Origin: Nanobdellati archaeon
Lineage (GTDB): Archaea; EX4484-52; GLR71
DNA length: 34,407 nt
Reading direction: 5' to 3'
Assembly: GCA_019429125.1 (NCBI GenBank)
Contig: JAHYJO010000014.1
Span: 10,335 to 44,741 of the forward strand
Under the pieces are notes generated by a model. That model worked only from the letters and a program-made list of their open reading frames with translations. It was not told where the DNA came from and searched no databases. A program made the translations under genes and the position numbers. Positions 1 through 10,447 of the stretch are shown piece by piece (the first letter of the stretch is position 1; each line of letters begins with the position of its first letter).

Positions 1-2
1 AT

Positions 3-1646
3 TCAAACCAAACCAACCTGGCCGACGGCATCTACACCTATTATGTCTGGGCAAATGACACTGCTGGAAACTCAAATAAAACCGAGATAAGAACAATAAC
101 AATAGATACAACCCCTCCACAAATAGAATTTGTAGCTCCGACAGAAGACAATAACACAGAATTAAAAGTCAATTATACTTTAATCAACTGGTCAACAATA
201 GAACTTTATCCGGATACCACAAGCCTAAACTGGAACGGCACATATTACACAATGTCACAATCTTATACAACTATTACAGATCTCCTTGAGGGAACATACA
301 CATATTACATCTGGATAAATGATACCGCTGGCAACTTCAACCAGACAGAAATTAGAACAATAATTATAGATTTATTACCCCCCTCAATAATAATTGAATC
401 CCCATTGAATAAGTCATACAATACAAGTATAATTGATTTCAATGTAACTGCAACAGACATTGTAACAAGAGTTGACACCTGTTCATATTCATTAGATAAT
501 GCCTCAAACATAACCCTATCAAATGATACTGGAACACATTTTTATGGAAAAAATTCCACAATGACTGATGGAAAACACACTGTAACAATATACTGCAATG
601 ACACCACGGGAAATATGAATTCAAAAACCCAATATTTCACAGTAGACACCACTCCTCCAAATATAATATTGATTTCTCCTAAAAATAAAATATACAACAT
701 ATCCTCAGTCTGGTTCAACGCAACAGTATCAGATATAACAACCTCTGTAAATTGGTGCGGTTATTCATTAGACAACAATATAAACATCACATTATCAAAC
801 AATACAATAACCAATTATTATTCATTAAACACAACAATGACAGATGGCGCCCACAATGTGACCATCTACTGTAACGACAGTGTCGGCAACCTAAATTATA
901 CCGAAAGTTTAGATTTCACAGTTGACACCACACCACCAATAATACAAGTAATATCTCCAAATAAACCCGAATATGCAACAAAAAACATATGGTTCCAATT
1001 TAATGTATTTGAACCCGAAAGTGCAATCTCACAGTGTAGTTATTCTTTTGATGGCGCAGAGTACATAATTCTTAATCCAAAAGATCCAAACTATTACAGC
1101 AAACTGTTATATAATTTACCAGATGGTACCCACAATGTAACTTACTATTGCGAAAACACAGTAGGTTTTTCAACTACCACACCTACAATATATTTCAACA
1201 TAACAACTACATCAGTATTAATAAAACTAGTGGGTGCGGGCTTCTTACCTGATGTAAACACCAAAGACAATTACATAGCATCCGAGCTTCCACAGAGAAC
1301 TGTCACAGGTCTTGTCCATGCAGACGGCGACTTCAAGGGAGTCTCAGATAACAACGGCATGACCTTAAGAAATTCAATAGGTTCAATAACCTATCTGGTT
1401 TATACACAAGGAACAACTGATGACATCAAAGACAGAACCGAACACATAAAATCTGGTGAATTTGAAAAGATGCCAAACCCAAGTTTCGGCTTCCCAATAA
1501 CAAATAAATACCTGATACAGATAGGTCTTGAATATAATCAAATAGATTTCAATGGTAAAGACCAGCTTAATGAAGGATTTTATGAATTTGAATTTAAAAA
1601 CATAGGAGTAATAGGAAACAAACTTTCAATTGAGATTAAACGTTAA
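3..1646 (+). CDS. Large surface/secreted protein with tandem Ig-like repeats (5' end outside the window)
   Basis: Frame is open from base 3 (SNQTNLADGIYTYYVWANDTAGN...) into the 252..1646 ORF. Repeated ~90-aa units with (V/I)DTTPP ... DG.HxVTIYCND..GN, many NxS/T sequons, and a distinct C-terminal domain. Confidence 0.8.
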   Translation, partial: SNQTNLADGIYTYYVWANDTAGNSNKTEIRTITIDTTPPQIEFVAPTEDNNTELKVNYTLINWSTIELYPDTTSLNWNGTYYTMSQSYTTITDLLEGTYTYYIWINDTAGNFNQTEIRTIIIDLLPPSIIIESPLNKSYNTSIIDFNVTATDIVTRVDTCSYSLDNASNITLSNDTGTHFYGKNSTMTDGKHTVTIYCNDTTGNMNSKTQYFTVDTTPPNIILISPKNKIYNISSVWFNATVSDITTSVNWCGYSLDNNINITLSNNTITNYYSLNTTMTDGAHNVTIYCNDSVGNLNYTESLDFTVDTTPPIIQVISPNKPEYATKNIWFQFNVFEPESAISQCSYSFDGAEYIILNPKDPNYYSKLLYNLPDGTHNVTYYCENTVGFSTTTPTIYFNITTTSVLIKLVGAGFLPDVNTKDNYIASELPQRTVTGLVHADGDFKGVSDNNGMTLRNSIGSITYLVYTQGTTDDIKDRTEHIKSGEFEKMPNPSFGFPITNKYLIQIGLEYNQIDFNGKDQLNEGFYEFEFKNIGVIGNKLSIEIKR

Positions 1647-1701
1647 TTTGAGGCAAATTCTAAGAAACAGATATATGTAAGATACAATACAATATCTTCA
1701 T

Positions 1702-2913
1702 ATGAGAAAAGGATATTTTTCACTTGATATGGTGGTTGGTTTTGTAATATTTATGTTAGTATTTATAACAGCCATATATTATATCGGTTACATTTTACGC
1801 CCTGAACTGAATTCTAATCAAATAAATAATGCAGGAGCTGATTTTGCTAGACTTATAGAAAATAATCTATCTTGGGAAGTCTACCTAGTCCCAATAGTTT
1901 TAACTTCTCAAAACACCACCCAAACAGTAATTGAAACAACTTTTTATCCTGATGATGACATAGACCTAAATTCTATAGTTGTTGAAGACGAAAATCAGAC
2001 TGAAATAAATTCATCATTTGTCAACAATACAATAATCTTCAACACTAAAATTATCAAAGGACAAAATAATTTTTATTTGATATACACAAAAGACACAAAT
2101 TTAGAAAAGAGGATATATTCAACCAATCTCACACAAACAGCAAATAACATAACCAACAGTATAATCAACACAACTTTTATATCAACAGGCATCAGTCAGA
2201 TAAATTTCAAAGGTACTGATTTCCTTGAGACACCCGGTATAAATCTTACAACCAGTACAATACTCACAATAACATCAGTACCTCACAGGTCCAAAGTTAC
2301 ATATCCTTTAGGTATAACTGCAAAAATATACAGCAACAGTTCAAAAATAATTATAGAATCAAACCACACATTCAGTCCCACAATATACCTCCCAAAATCA
2401 TTTTCAAATTATTATAATGGTACACAAAACACAATAACAACATCCGGATTACAGTTCACTGGAACAATAGATCTCCTTGACCTTTACAGCACAGAAGGTA
2501 TAGCAATAATCGGAAACAACCTAAATATCTCCTTATACAATAACACATACCTCGAAGTAACCCTGACAGATGTAACTAATTTTGAGATATATCTTCATAA
2601 TGGCGATTATACAAACGCACTTTTAGAAAGAGACACATATTTAACTCCTCAAACGACCTTATTATTAATTCCTGAATCAAAGACTGGTGTATCAATAGAT
2701 AGTCTTTCAATACTCAACCAGACATCATACCAAGACCTTAAAATTAAATTTTCAAAAGGCACAGAGTTCCATGTAGAAATAGATAATTACACATTAGGTC
2801 CTGATGCACCATTAGATACAGATGTTTTCGGCATGAAATATCCAGTATCCATATTAGACAGATTTGCAAAAACAAACATAACTACAATTGATATCCTTTT
2901 ATGGAGTGATTAA
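1702..2913 (+). CDS. Type IV pilin-like/accessory protein with class III signal peptide
   Basis: N-terminus MRKG|YFSLDMVVGFVIFMLVFITAIYY: basic leader, Gly, then hydrophobic helix. Asn/Thr-rich extracellular part. Confidence 0.7.
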   Translation: MRKGYFSLDMVVGFVIFMLVFITAIYYIGYILRPELNSNQINNAGADFARLIENNLSWEVYLVPIVLTSQNTTQTVIETTFYPDDDIDLNSIVVEDENQTEINSSFVNNTIIFNTKIIKGQNNFYLIYTKDTNLEKRIYSTNLTQTANNITNSIINTTFISTGISQINFKGTDFLETPGINLTTSTILTITSVPHRSKVTYPLGITAKIYSNSSKIIIESNHTFSPTIYLPKSFSNYYNGTQNTITTSGLQFTGTIDLLDLYSTEGIAIIGNNLNISLYNNTYLEVTLTDVTNFEIYLHNGDYTNALLERDTYLTPQTTLLLIPESKTGVSIDSLSILNQTSYQDLKIKFSKGTEFHVEIDNYTLGPDAPLDTDVFGMKYPVSILDRFAKTNITTIDILLWSD

Positions 2914-3571
2914 GATTAAAAAAAGAAAAGGTACCTTACATACACTTGAAGCACTTATCGCATTTTCAATAGTCTCAACTTTTATCTTGTTTGTCATGCC
3001 TTCTATTGATATATCACCCTCAAACGGACATAGAACTAATTATGTTTATAATACACTTGAAACTTTAGAGACTAAAGGAATCCTAAGAGCTTATGCCACT
3101 GAAAACAACTTGACAGGTATAAACACAACTCTTGCAAACTTACTCCCTGAGACCTATAATTTTGCAGTTGGCATGTCACGTTTAAATGCAACACATAAAA
3201 CTGTTTCGGGTAATTATTCATTCAATTACACAACAGACACAACAAAACTGGATTATGCAACCCTAGATTTAATTTTTGATACTGCGACCGATCCAACGAT
3301 ATACCTTAATGGAAATATAATATATTCGCAAGCAGATGATGCCTCAGGTGTCTTAGAATATATAGATTTAACGACAAGTAGTTTATCTGGCGAGAACTCA
3401 TTAGTTTTCAATTTCACAGGTAGTTCAACATTTGATTACCGTCTATCAATCTTGGAATCTGAGGACCTATCAATTCCGCCATCTCAAAAAAATATAGATA
3501 CTATCAATTATTTTGTTGCAGGTAAAGGCAGTACATTTTTACCAGTAAATGTGAGGGTGTACATATGGTAA
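2906..3571 (+). CDS. Type IV pilin-like protein with class III signal peptide
   Basis: KKRKG|TLHTLEALIAFSIVSTFILFVM. Start uncertain: GTG 2906, ATT 2915 (after GGAGTGA) or TTG 2888. Overlaps both neighbours. Confidence 0.7.
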   Translation: MIKIKKRKGTLHTLEALIAFSIVSTFILFVMPSIDISPSNGHRTNYVYNTLETLETKGILRAYATENNLTGINTTLANLLPETYNFAVGMSRLNATHKTVSGNYSFNYTTDTTKLDYATLDLIFDTATDPTIYLNGNIIYSQADDASGVLEYIDLTTSSLSGENSLVFNFTGSSTFDYRLSILESEDLSIPPSQKNIDTINYFVAGKGSTFLPVNVRVYIW

Positions 3572-4158
3572 ATAGAAAAGGTCAAATGTTTTTAGTTGGT
3601 GCCTTAATATTATGTGCCGCAATTGTAGGCGCCGTTATCAGCACAAAATCCGTATATATTGCAACTTCCAGTAATTTTGCAGACGACATGTTCTCAAATA
3701 TGGAATATGAAAGTAAATATGTAGTGAACCTAATCGCAAAAGAAAACGCGACATCAAATAACATTGAGCATCGTATGATTGAATATATGTCATTTTTAGA
3801 TTATATGGCTCTTGAGCGAAACATAAAATATTCCGGATATTTAATAATCGCACTCCCTGTAGGCAATGACTTAAATGTGACCTTAATAAATTATAATAAC
3901 GCACTAATTAATTCCGCCGAGATAACAGTCGCGGGAACCACAAAATCAACAGCATCTCTACCTCATAAAGAAGCAACAACAATAACATTTGAAGATGTGC
4001 CTGATAACATGTTTTTAAATTATACAATATCCTATTATGATGGTTCTACCACAAAGACCAATACTGATGAGCTAAATATTACTCGTCGTTTATTTTCAGC
4101 TGTAAAAATACGCTTTGTATCAGGAGATAACATAAGGCAAAGTATATTTTTCAATTAA
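3565..4158 (+). CDS. Type IV pilin-like protein with class III signal peptide
   Basis: MVNRKG|QMFLVGALILCAAIVGAVI; GAGGGTG SD-like sequence upstream; overlaps the previous gene. Confidence 0.72.
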   Translation: MVNRKGQMFLVGALILCAAIVGAVISTKSVYIATSSNFADDMFSNMEYESKYVVNLIAKENATSNNIEHRMIEYMSFLDYMALERNIKYSGYLIIALPVGNDLNVTLINYNNALINSAEITVAGTTKSTASLPHKEATTITFEDVPDNMFLNYTISYYDGSTTKTNTDELNITRRLFSAVKIRFVSGDNIRQSIFFN

Positions 4159-4189
4159 TCTTATATATACCCCTATACAAATAACATAT

Positions 4190-4912
4190 ATGGTCATACG
4201 AAAAGGTATATCTCCTCTTCTTTCAGGTGTAATGTATCTTGCAATAATCAATATTGCAATAATTGCTGTCATGCAAATAGGTATGCCTGCAATTGAAAAT
4301 ATGGAAGATGCAGCAGCAATTGACCAAGCAAAAAATACACTTTTAAGTATAGATCAAGTAATAACTGAGATTGCAGAACAAGGAAAAGGTTCCACACGCG
4401 TGGTTCCCATTCAGATAAAGAAAGGACAGTTATATATTGACAATGAATCAGACAGGATTTATTACTTAATTGAGACTAAATCCGAAATAATATCCCCCCG
4501 AACAAAGACCAAGATTGGAAATCTTTACATATCCTCAAACGCGAACGTTGACGTCACAGACAATGGTACTCATTTCATAATGCAGAACGAGCACGAAAAG
4601 ATAGTATTTCCAAAACTAGGGAATATAACTGATTTTGTATCAATTAATTCATCAAGACTTATGGAATCTATGTACCTTAAAGACACAGAGACATATCTTC
4701 CTGCAAACTTAACTATTCTGGTAGACAATGACCCAAATCAAGAATTCGGAAACGGCTACACTCTTGCAGAGAACACAGGCACAAGTCTTATGCGTGGCAG
4801 GATAATTGCTCACGTCAATCAGTCTATCTCAGACTATAACATCTATTTCACTTTAGAGGGTGGCGAAGATTTCATGCAGATAGAAGTTGTAAACTATAAT
4901 AATCATTTTTAA
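4190..4912 (+). CDS. Archaeal type IV pilin-like protein
   Basis: MVIRKG|ISPLLSGVMYLAIINIAIIAVM matches the archaeal pilin/archaellin-like N-terminus (KG-ISP). Confidence 0.8.
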   Translation: MVIRKGISPLLSGVMYLAIINIAIIAVMQIGMPAIENMEDAAAIDQAKNTLLSIDQVITEIAEQGKGSTRVVPIQIKKGQLYIDNESDRIYYLIETKSEIISPRTKTKIGNLYISSNANVDVTDNGTHFIMQNEHEKIVFPKLGNITDFVSINSSRLMESMYLKDTETYLPANLTILVDNDPNQEFGNGYTLAENTGTSLMRGRIIAHVNQSISDYNIYFTLEGGEDFMQIEVVNYNNHF

Positions 4913-4968
4913 TATTTATACAATTGGTGCCTAAATAGACTTATACACAAAATTTAAGCTGATATATT

Positions 4969-5421
4969 ATGGTAAACAAAAAAAGAACTGCGATGTCAAC
5001 CTTCCTAGCTATGGTACTTATGGTCTTATTCACCATGATAGTTGGTGGTTTTGTAGGTTCCTGGATGATTGACACTGCAAAATCCCAGACAGAAAATGCA
5101 ATAAACAACTCTGATTCAGGCTGTGTATATGCAAGCATAAATGTGAGAAATATATATTACAATGATTCTGGCACAGAAAAAATCAGATTCACAATAGAGA
5201 ACACAGGCACAAGAACTTTAACTATAAATAACATTCGTGTAATTGGAAACAATTCAAATTCCGCACTTTTTGAATCCATATATATGGTATATCCTGGTGA
5301 CGAAATACCAGTTATTGAACAGATTGATTCTTTGGCAATACCTAAAATATCTTCAATTAGAGTCATACCTTCAGAATGTCCCACAAAAGCAGTGACAATT
5401 CAAGGATATGAAATAAATTGA
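4969..5421 (+). CDS. Archaeal type IV pilin-like protein
   Basis: MVNKKRTA|MSTFLAMVLMVLFTMIVGGFVGSW, followed by an Ig-like region (IENTG) and a Cys pair. Confidence 0.75.
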   Translation: MVNKKRTAMSTFLAMVLMVLFTMIVGGFVGSWMIDTAKSQTENAINNSDSGCVYASINVRNIYYNDSGTEKIRFTIENTGTRTLTINNIRVIGNNSNSALFESIYMVYPGDEIPVIEQIDSLAIPKISSIRVIPSECPTKAVTIQGYEIN

Positions 5422-5528
5422 CAATAATATTAACGAAATATAAGAAAGATATATATTATTTTTTTCCGTATATTCAAGTTATAGAGGAGACAATCATATA
5501 CAGGTAGTATATAATTTTGTTGGTAATT

Positions 5529-6899
5529 ATGTATCTGAAAAAGATAAAAGACACACTTGAAACTAAAAAGATATCCGTAGGCACAAGGCTCGAAGTTACA
5601 AGAGAAAACAAAAAGATAGAAGGTATTCTTCTTCCAAACGCAGACGACAGCGCAAAAGATATAATCACTTTAAAGCTTGACAGCGGTTATAATATAGGTA
5701 TTAAGATTAGAGAGAACACAATTATAAACAAATCCAAAAATAACACGGCTGATGACTTAATATCTGAAGAAAATTACGAATTTGGAAAAAAAAGAGACAT
5801 CAAAAGCTTGGTGTTTGACAAAAAAAAGCCAAAAGCATCACTCATAGCAACTGGCGGGACAATCTCTTCTCGAGTTGATTATAAGACTGGCGCAGTCACC
5901 ATGCTTATGGAACCACAAGAAATACTTACCACAACCCCCGAACTAAAAGACATAATCAATCTTACCTCAATTTTATCACCATTTAGAATTGCAAGCGAAG
6001 ACATGACACCTTCAGAGTGGCAGAACATTGCAGAACTAGTAGCAAACGAATTAAACAGTGGTGCAGTCGGAGTTATAGTGACCCACGGCACAGATACCCT
6101 ACATTACACAGCTGCAGCATTGTCTTTCATGTTACCTGGCCTAAAGAAACCAGTAGCTTTGGTCGGTGCCCAAAGATCCCCTGACCGTGCAAGCTTTGAC
6201 GGTGCAATGAACCTTATCTGCGCATCAAGATACATAACTGGTAACATTGCAGAAGTTGCAATAGTCATGCACGCAACAATGAACGATGATTACTGCTTGA
6301 TAAACCGTGGCACCAAAGTGAGAAAGATGCACACGTCACGACGTGACGCATTCAGGCCTATAAACACCTTGCCGATAGGCGCAATTTATACCTGTGGCAA
6401 ACTGGACATAATAGATGACAATTATAAAAGACGAGATAACAAAGAAAAGACAGTCGCAGACACAAGGTTTGATAAAAAAATTGCAATGATAAACATCTAT
6501 CCGGGTATTAATCCTGAAATCCTAGACTGGCACATAGACAAAGGCTACAAAGGTATAGTACTTAACACGACTGCATTAGGTCATGTGCCTATAGATACAA
6601 TTGACAAAAATTTATCATGGGAAAAAGTACTTGCACGCGCAACTGACAAAGGCATAACAATAATAAGCGCATCCCAGACACTTTATGGCACAACACACGC
6701 CCATGTTTATAGGAGTGCAGTCAAGATGGACAAGTTAGGCGTAATATTCGCCAAAGATATGCTTCCTGAGACTGCTTACGTCAAATTAGGCTGTGTTTTG
6801 GGCAGGACAAAAGACAAAGCTGAAATAAGAGAGTTGATGTTGACCAATCTTGCAGGCGAATTTTCTGAAAAATTAGTGCCAAAATCGTTTTTATACTGA
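5529..6899 (+). CDS. gatD: Glutamyl-tRNA(Gln) amidotransferase subunit D
   Basis: Motifs LKLDSGYNIGI, ATGGTISSRVDYKTG, HGTDTLHYT, GAQRSPDR, KVRKMHTSRRDAF, DMLPETAYVKL. ATG 5529 preferred to TTG 5517. Confidence 0.97.
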   Translation: MYLKKIKDTLETKKISVGTRLEVTRENKKIEGILLPNADDSAKDIITLKLDSGYNIGIKIRENTIINKSKNNTADDLISEENYEFGKKRDIKSLVFDKKKPKASLIATGGTISSRVDYKTGAVTMLMEPQEILTTTPELKDIINLTSILSPFRIASEDMTPSEWQNIAELVANELNSGAVGVIVTHGTDTLHYTAAALSFMLPGLKKPVALVGAQRSPDRASFDGAMNLICASRYITGNIAEVAIVMHATMNDDYCLINRGTKVRKMHTSRRDAFRPINTLPIGAIYTCGKLDIIDDNYKRRDNKEKTVADTRFDKKIAMINIYPGINPEILDWHIDKGYKGIVLNTTALGHVPIDTIDKNLSWEKVLARATDKGITIISASQTLYGTTHAHVYRSAVKMDKLGVIFAKDMLPETAYVKLGCVLGRTKDKAEIRELMLTNLAGEFSEKLVPKSFLY

Positions 6900-7021
6900 C
6901 ACATTTATGTCATTTAATTTGAATAGTTCAAATAGTCCAATTATATATGTCTAAAACACCAAAATAATGATAGATAAAAACATATTTATGCATTTGGTGT
7001 TCTTGAGTTAAAAAATAAACA

Positions 7022-7185
7022 GGCACGATTTAAAAACTGAGTGATTTTTAATAGTCATATGGAATTGAGATTTAATTAAAATCTCATAAATGTACATTAA
7101 ATACACATTTAAATAGTTTTTATGGATAATTTAGGTTGTGCTAAATTTTGATTTAGTTAAAGCACTCCTAAAAATGAACAGCCCC
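7022..7185 (-). mobile_element. Degenerate copy of the IS6-like MITE (inverted)
   Basis: Ends GGCACGATTTAAAAACTGAGTGATTT ... AAAGCACTCCTAAAAATGAACAGCCCC match the reverse complement of 26872-27039, with shared internal ATACACATTT. Flanks AATAAACA / AATGAACC match at 6/8. Confidence 0.65.
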
Positions 7186-7245
7186 AATGAACCATTAAGT
7201 TTTTATATATGTTATACCTATTATAATCAAACGTTTTTAAAACCC

Positions 7246-7297
7246 TGGATTTGATGGGGGGGAAATTACAATTCTATAAACCTCTCCTCATCGTCCA
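7246..7297 (+). ncRNA. Candidate small structured RNA (G-rich hairpin)
   Basis: UGGA(7246-49)/UCCA(7294-97) and GAUGGGGGGG(7253-62)/UCUCCUCAUC(7283-92) with three G-U pairs. TATA-like TTTTATAT at 7201 and a T-tract at 7316-7321. Confidence 0.35.
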
Positions 7298-7393
7298 CCC
7301 CCTAATTAAACACAGTTTTTTAAACATAATTTAAGACAGTTATAATTTTGTTAACCAAACAATATTTATAATATCTAATACCTATATTTATCT

Positions 7394-7972
7394 ATGGATG
7401 ATATTATAAAAAAAGCAATGGCTATAGCACTTAAAGAGCTTGGATCCGATAAATTTTATGGTCTGCCTTATACTGAACGTGTAAAAGAAAAAGCATTAAC
7501 TTTGGCAGAAAAGTTTGGTGTAAAAGAATCAACATTAGTTCTAGCGTCTTATTTTCATACAATCTCACAAAAAGATAAACAGTTGTCCTTAATTACAATT
7601 CCTAATAAATCCTCCCTGTTACTTAAAAAAATTGGTTGTGATGATAAATTAAGGATACAAGTTACTAAGATCATACTATTGAGCGACCCAAATAATTGGG
7701 ATGTAACAAAAAGACCAAAAACAATTGAAGAAAAAATATTTTACGATGCAAAGACTTCTGAAGACATATCCTCAATTGGTATTATAAAAAAAATTATTTC
7801 CTTAAATGAACAAGATACACAAGATTCAGACATAATACCTTCAATTGAGAGTTTCATAAGAGAAAAGTATAGCTCACTATTTTTTGACAAGACAAAAAAC
7901 ATGATAGAATACGATTACAGGATGGTCACAGAATTCATAGCCAATGCAAAAAAACAAGGAGATGTCTTATAG
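7394..7972 (+). CDS. Degenerate HD-domain protein (probable pseudoenzyme)
   Basis: HD-fold spacing is retained (YTERV...LVLASYFHTI...TIEEKIFYDAKTSEDISSIGI) but the metal ligands are substituted (H>Y, HD>HT, DAD>DAK). Confidence 0.7.
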   Translation: MDDIIKKAMAIALKELGSDKFYGLPYTERVKEKALTLAEKFGVKESTLVLASYFHTISQKDKQLSLITIPNKSSLLLKKIGCDDKLRIQVTKIILLSDPNNWDVTKRPKTIEEKIFYDAKTSEDISSIGIIKKIISLNEQDTQDSDIIPSIESFIREKYSSLFFDKTKNMIEYDYRMVTEFIANAKKQGDVL

Positions 7973-8542
7973 ATGGAATCAGTAATAAAGTCCTATGTAA
8001 TTAATGCATTTTCAAAAAAACCTGATTTTTTAGATCATACAAGACGCATAGCAGGCTACTCAAAGATAATTGGTGCTACTGAAAAGGTAGATATGGATGT
8101 CCTTATGATGTCTGCCTGGCTCCATGACATATACTGGTCAAATCACGAATTAAACACAGATACCTTAAAAAATCACGCGCAAGAATCTGCCATCATAGCA
8201 AAAGATATACTTGGGAAAATAAACATGTCTGACAAAGTGATAGATAAAGTATCAGGAACAATAGCAGCTCATGAACAGCTTCCAGACAATCCCACAATTG
8301 AGATGCGCATCCTATTTGAAGCAGACCACATAGACCGTCTTGGTGCAATCGGCATCTCGCGCATATTTTCTATCTGGGGTGTCAAGGCCGGCCTTGAACT
8401 GATAAACAAAAACATACTTCCACAGATGGAGACCTGGTTCGCGACAAAAAAAGGTTTTGATCTTGCCCATGAAAAGATACATTTTTTAAACATGTTTGCA
8501 GACTATTATAATACTGAAATTATAGTTTTACACAAAAGTTGA
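7973..8542 (+). CDS. HD-domain metal-dependent phosphohydrolase
   Basis: DHTRRI...SAWLHDI...NHAQES...AAHE...LFEADHIDRLGAIG: complete HD ligand set. Confidence 0.9.
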   Translation: MESVIKSYVINAFSKKPDFLDHTRRIAGYSKIIGATEKVDMDVLMMSAWLHDIYWSNHELNTDTLKNHAQESAIIAKDILGKINMSDKVIDKVSGTIAAHEQLPDNPTIEMRILFEADHIDRLGAIGISRIFSIWGVKAGLELINKNILPQMETWFATKKGFDLAHEKIHFLNMFADYYNTEIIVLHKS

Positions 8543-8547
8543 TAGGT

Positions 8548-10428
8548 ATGGACATAGATTACAAAGCAATAGGGTTCAAATGCGGTCTTGAGATTCACCA
8601 AGCTCTAGACACTGGCAAACTATTCTGTAGCTGTTCAAGTGCACTTAATGAAAAAATAGAATTTACAGAGATTAAACGCCACCTACGACCAGTTGCAGGC
8701 GAGACCGGAACAGTTGACGCTTCCGCACTTTTTGAATCATTAAGGAAACGTAATTTTATCTATCATGCCTACAAAGATGAAGCCTGCCTTGTTGATATGG
8801 ATGCAGAGCCACCACATGACATAAACGAAAAAGCAAAAAAGACAGCACTACTTTTTGCAATGCTCCTTAATATGGATATACCTGACGTAATCCATGTGAT
8901 GCGAAAGACCGTGACAGACGGTTCCGCAACAAGCGGTTTCCAGAGGACTGCACTTGTTGCCACCGGAAATGAAACGTCCTATATTGATACAACTCAAGGC
9001 AAAGTCTATCTTGAAAACATGTCTCTTGAAGAAGATGCCTCAAAGATAATGGGGAAAGAAGGTAATAAGACACATTATTCACTAAGTCGCCTGGGTATCC
9101 CTTTGATAGAACTTGGCACCGCGCCAGACATAAAAGATGCAGACCATGTAAAGGAGACAGCTGCAATGATTGGAAGCCTTTTACGGTCCTTCCCCGAAAC
9201 AAAAAGAGGTATAGGTACAATACGCCAAGATATTAACATATCTGTGTTTGATGGTGCACGAACAGAGATTAAAGGCTGGCAAGATTTGTCCCGGATAAAA
9301 CTAATAACTGAAAATGAAGTAAAACGCCATCTATTCTTACTAGGACTGAAAACCGAGCTTGAAAGCAAAGGTATAAAAAAATTAGATATAAAACCGGTTG
9401 ACGTGACAGATATTTTTGTCCACACAAAATCGCGAGTTATATCAGACCTAATAAGACAAAATGCAATAGTCCTCGCAACTGTACTTCCAGGTTTCAAAGG
9501 AATCCTACAACGTGAAGTCTGCCCTAAAAAGACATTTGGCCGTGAACTTGCAGAATATGCAAAATCATTCGGTTCAAATGGCATGATACACACTGATGAA
9601 GACTTATCTAAATACAACCTTGCCCATGAGTTTAATCTATTGAAAAAGCTACTAAATGCACAACCTGATGACCTGATACTTATAATTGCCGAGACAAAGA
9701 CAATTGCAGAACAATCAATTGATGCAGTTATAATGCGCACAAAATACGTTCTTAAAGGTGTTCCTGAAGAGACCCGAATACCAAACCATGTAACTGCAAC
9801 CTCAAGCTATGCCCGGCCTTTGTCAGGCGCACACCGGATGTATCCTGAAACAGACGTCAAGACTATATGTATTGCACCTGGTTACTTAGATAGGATCCGA
9901 AAAGACATGCCTGAAACTCTAGAATCAAAAAGGTCACGATTCGAGAAAGAGCTGAAACTTAATGCCGAACTTGCATCAACTATAACTATATCCCATTATC
10001 TTTCAACTTTTGAGACATTGACAAAAAAATATAAAAACGTTGACGCAAAAGACATCGCAAACTTTTTCATAAACACATTATCTGACCTTAAAAAACGAGA
10101 AAGTATAGATATCTCAAGATTGTCTGAAACAGATTATGAAGACATGTTCGCGCAAGTTTCAGATGGCAGGCTACTAAAAGACACAATATCTCAATTTGTA
10201 AAAATAAAAATCAAGCATCCTGAACTTTTCGCAGATGAGATAATAACCAACTACAATCTTGCCCCTCTGACAGAATCTGAGGCAAAAAATATAATAGATG
10301 CAATTATTGCTGAAAATCCGAATACTCCTATTGGTGCAGTGATTGGTATGTCTATGTCGAAACTAAAAGGCCGTTTTGACGGCAAGAAAATAGCAATACT
10401 TGTAGGCAATATTCTTTCAAGAAAATAA
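8548..10428 (+). CDS. gatE: Glutamyl-tRNA(Gln) amidotransferase subunit E
   Basis: DYKAIGFKCGLEIHQ, MRKTVTDGSATSGFQRT, LEEDA, RLGIPLIE, KRGIGTIRQDINIS, GVPEETR, RMYPETD; AspRS-like insertion domain present. Confidence 0.97.
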   Translation: MDIDYKAIGFKCGLEIHQALDTGKLFCSCSSALNEKIEFTEIKRHLRPVAGETGTVDASALFESLRKRNFIYHAYKDEACLVDMDAEPPHDINEKAKKTALLFAMLLNMDIPDVIHVMRKTVTDGSATSGFQRTALVATGNETSYIDTTQGKVYLENMSLEEDASKIMGKEGNKTHYSLSRLGIPLIELGTAPDIKDADHVKETAAMIGSLLRSFPETKRGIGTIRQDINISVFDGARTEIKGWQDLSRIKLITENEVKRHLFLLGLKTELESKGIKKLDIKPVDVTDIFVHTKSRVISDLIRQNAIVLATVLPGFKGILQREVCPKKTFGRELAEYAKSFGSNGMIHTDEDLSKYNLAHEFNLLKKLLNAQPDDLILIIAETKTIAEQSIDAVIMRTKYVLKGVPEETRIPNHVTATSSYARPLSGAHRMYPETDVKTICIAPGYLDRIRKDMPETLESKRSRFEKELKLNAELASTITISHYLSTFETLTKKYKNVDAKDIANFFINTLSDLKKRESIDISRLSETDYEDMFAQVSDGRLLKDTISQFVKIKIKHPELFADEIITNYNLAPLTESEAKNIIDAIIAENPNTPIGAVIGMSMSKLKGRFDGKKIAILVGNILSRK

Positions 10429-10447
10429 GCGATAAAAATAAGTAAAC

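Noticed and set aside
9075-9740. 221-aa minus-strand ORF, and similar long shadows at 27600-28214, 30592-31092, 31784-32467 and 17349-17967
   Set aside because: They lie opposite well-supported genes and show no recognisable motifs.
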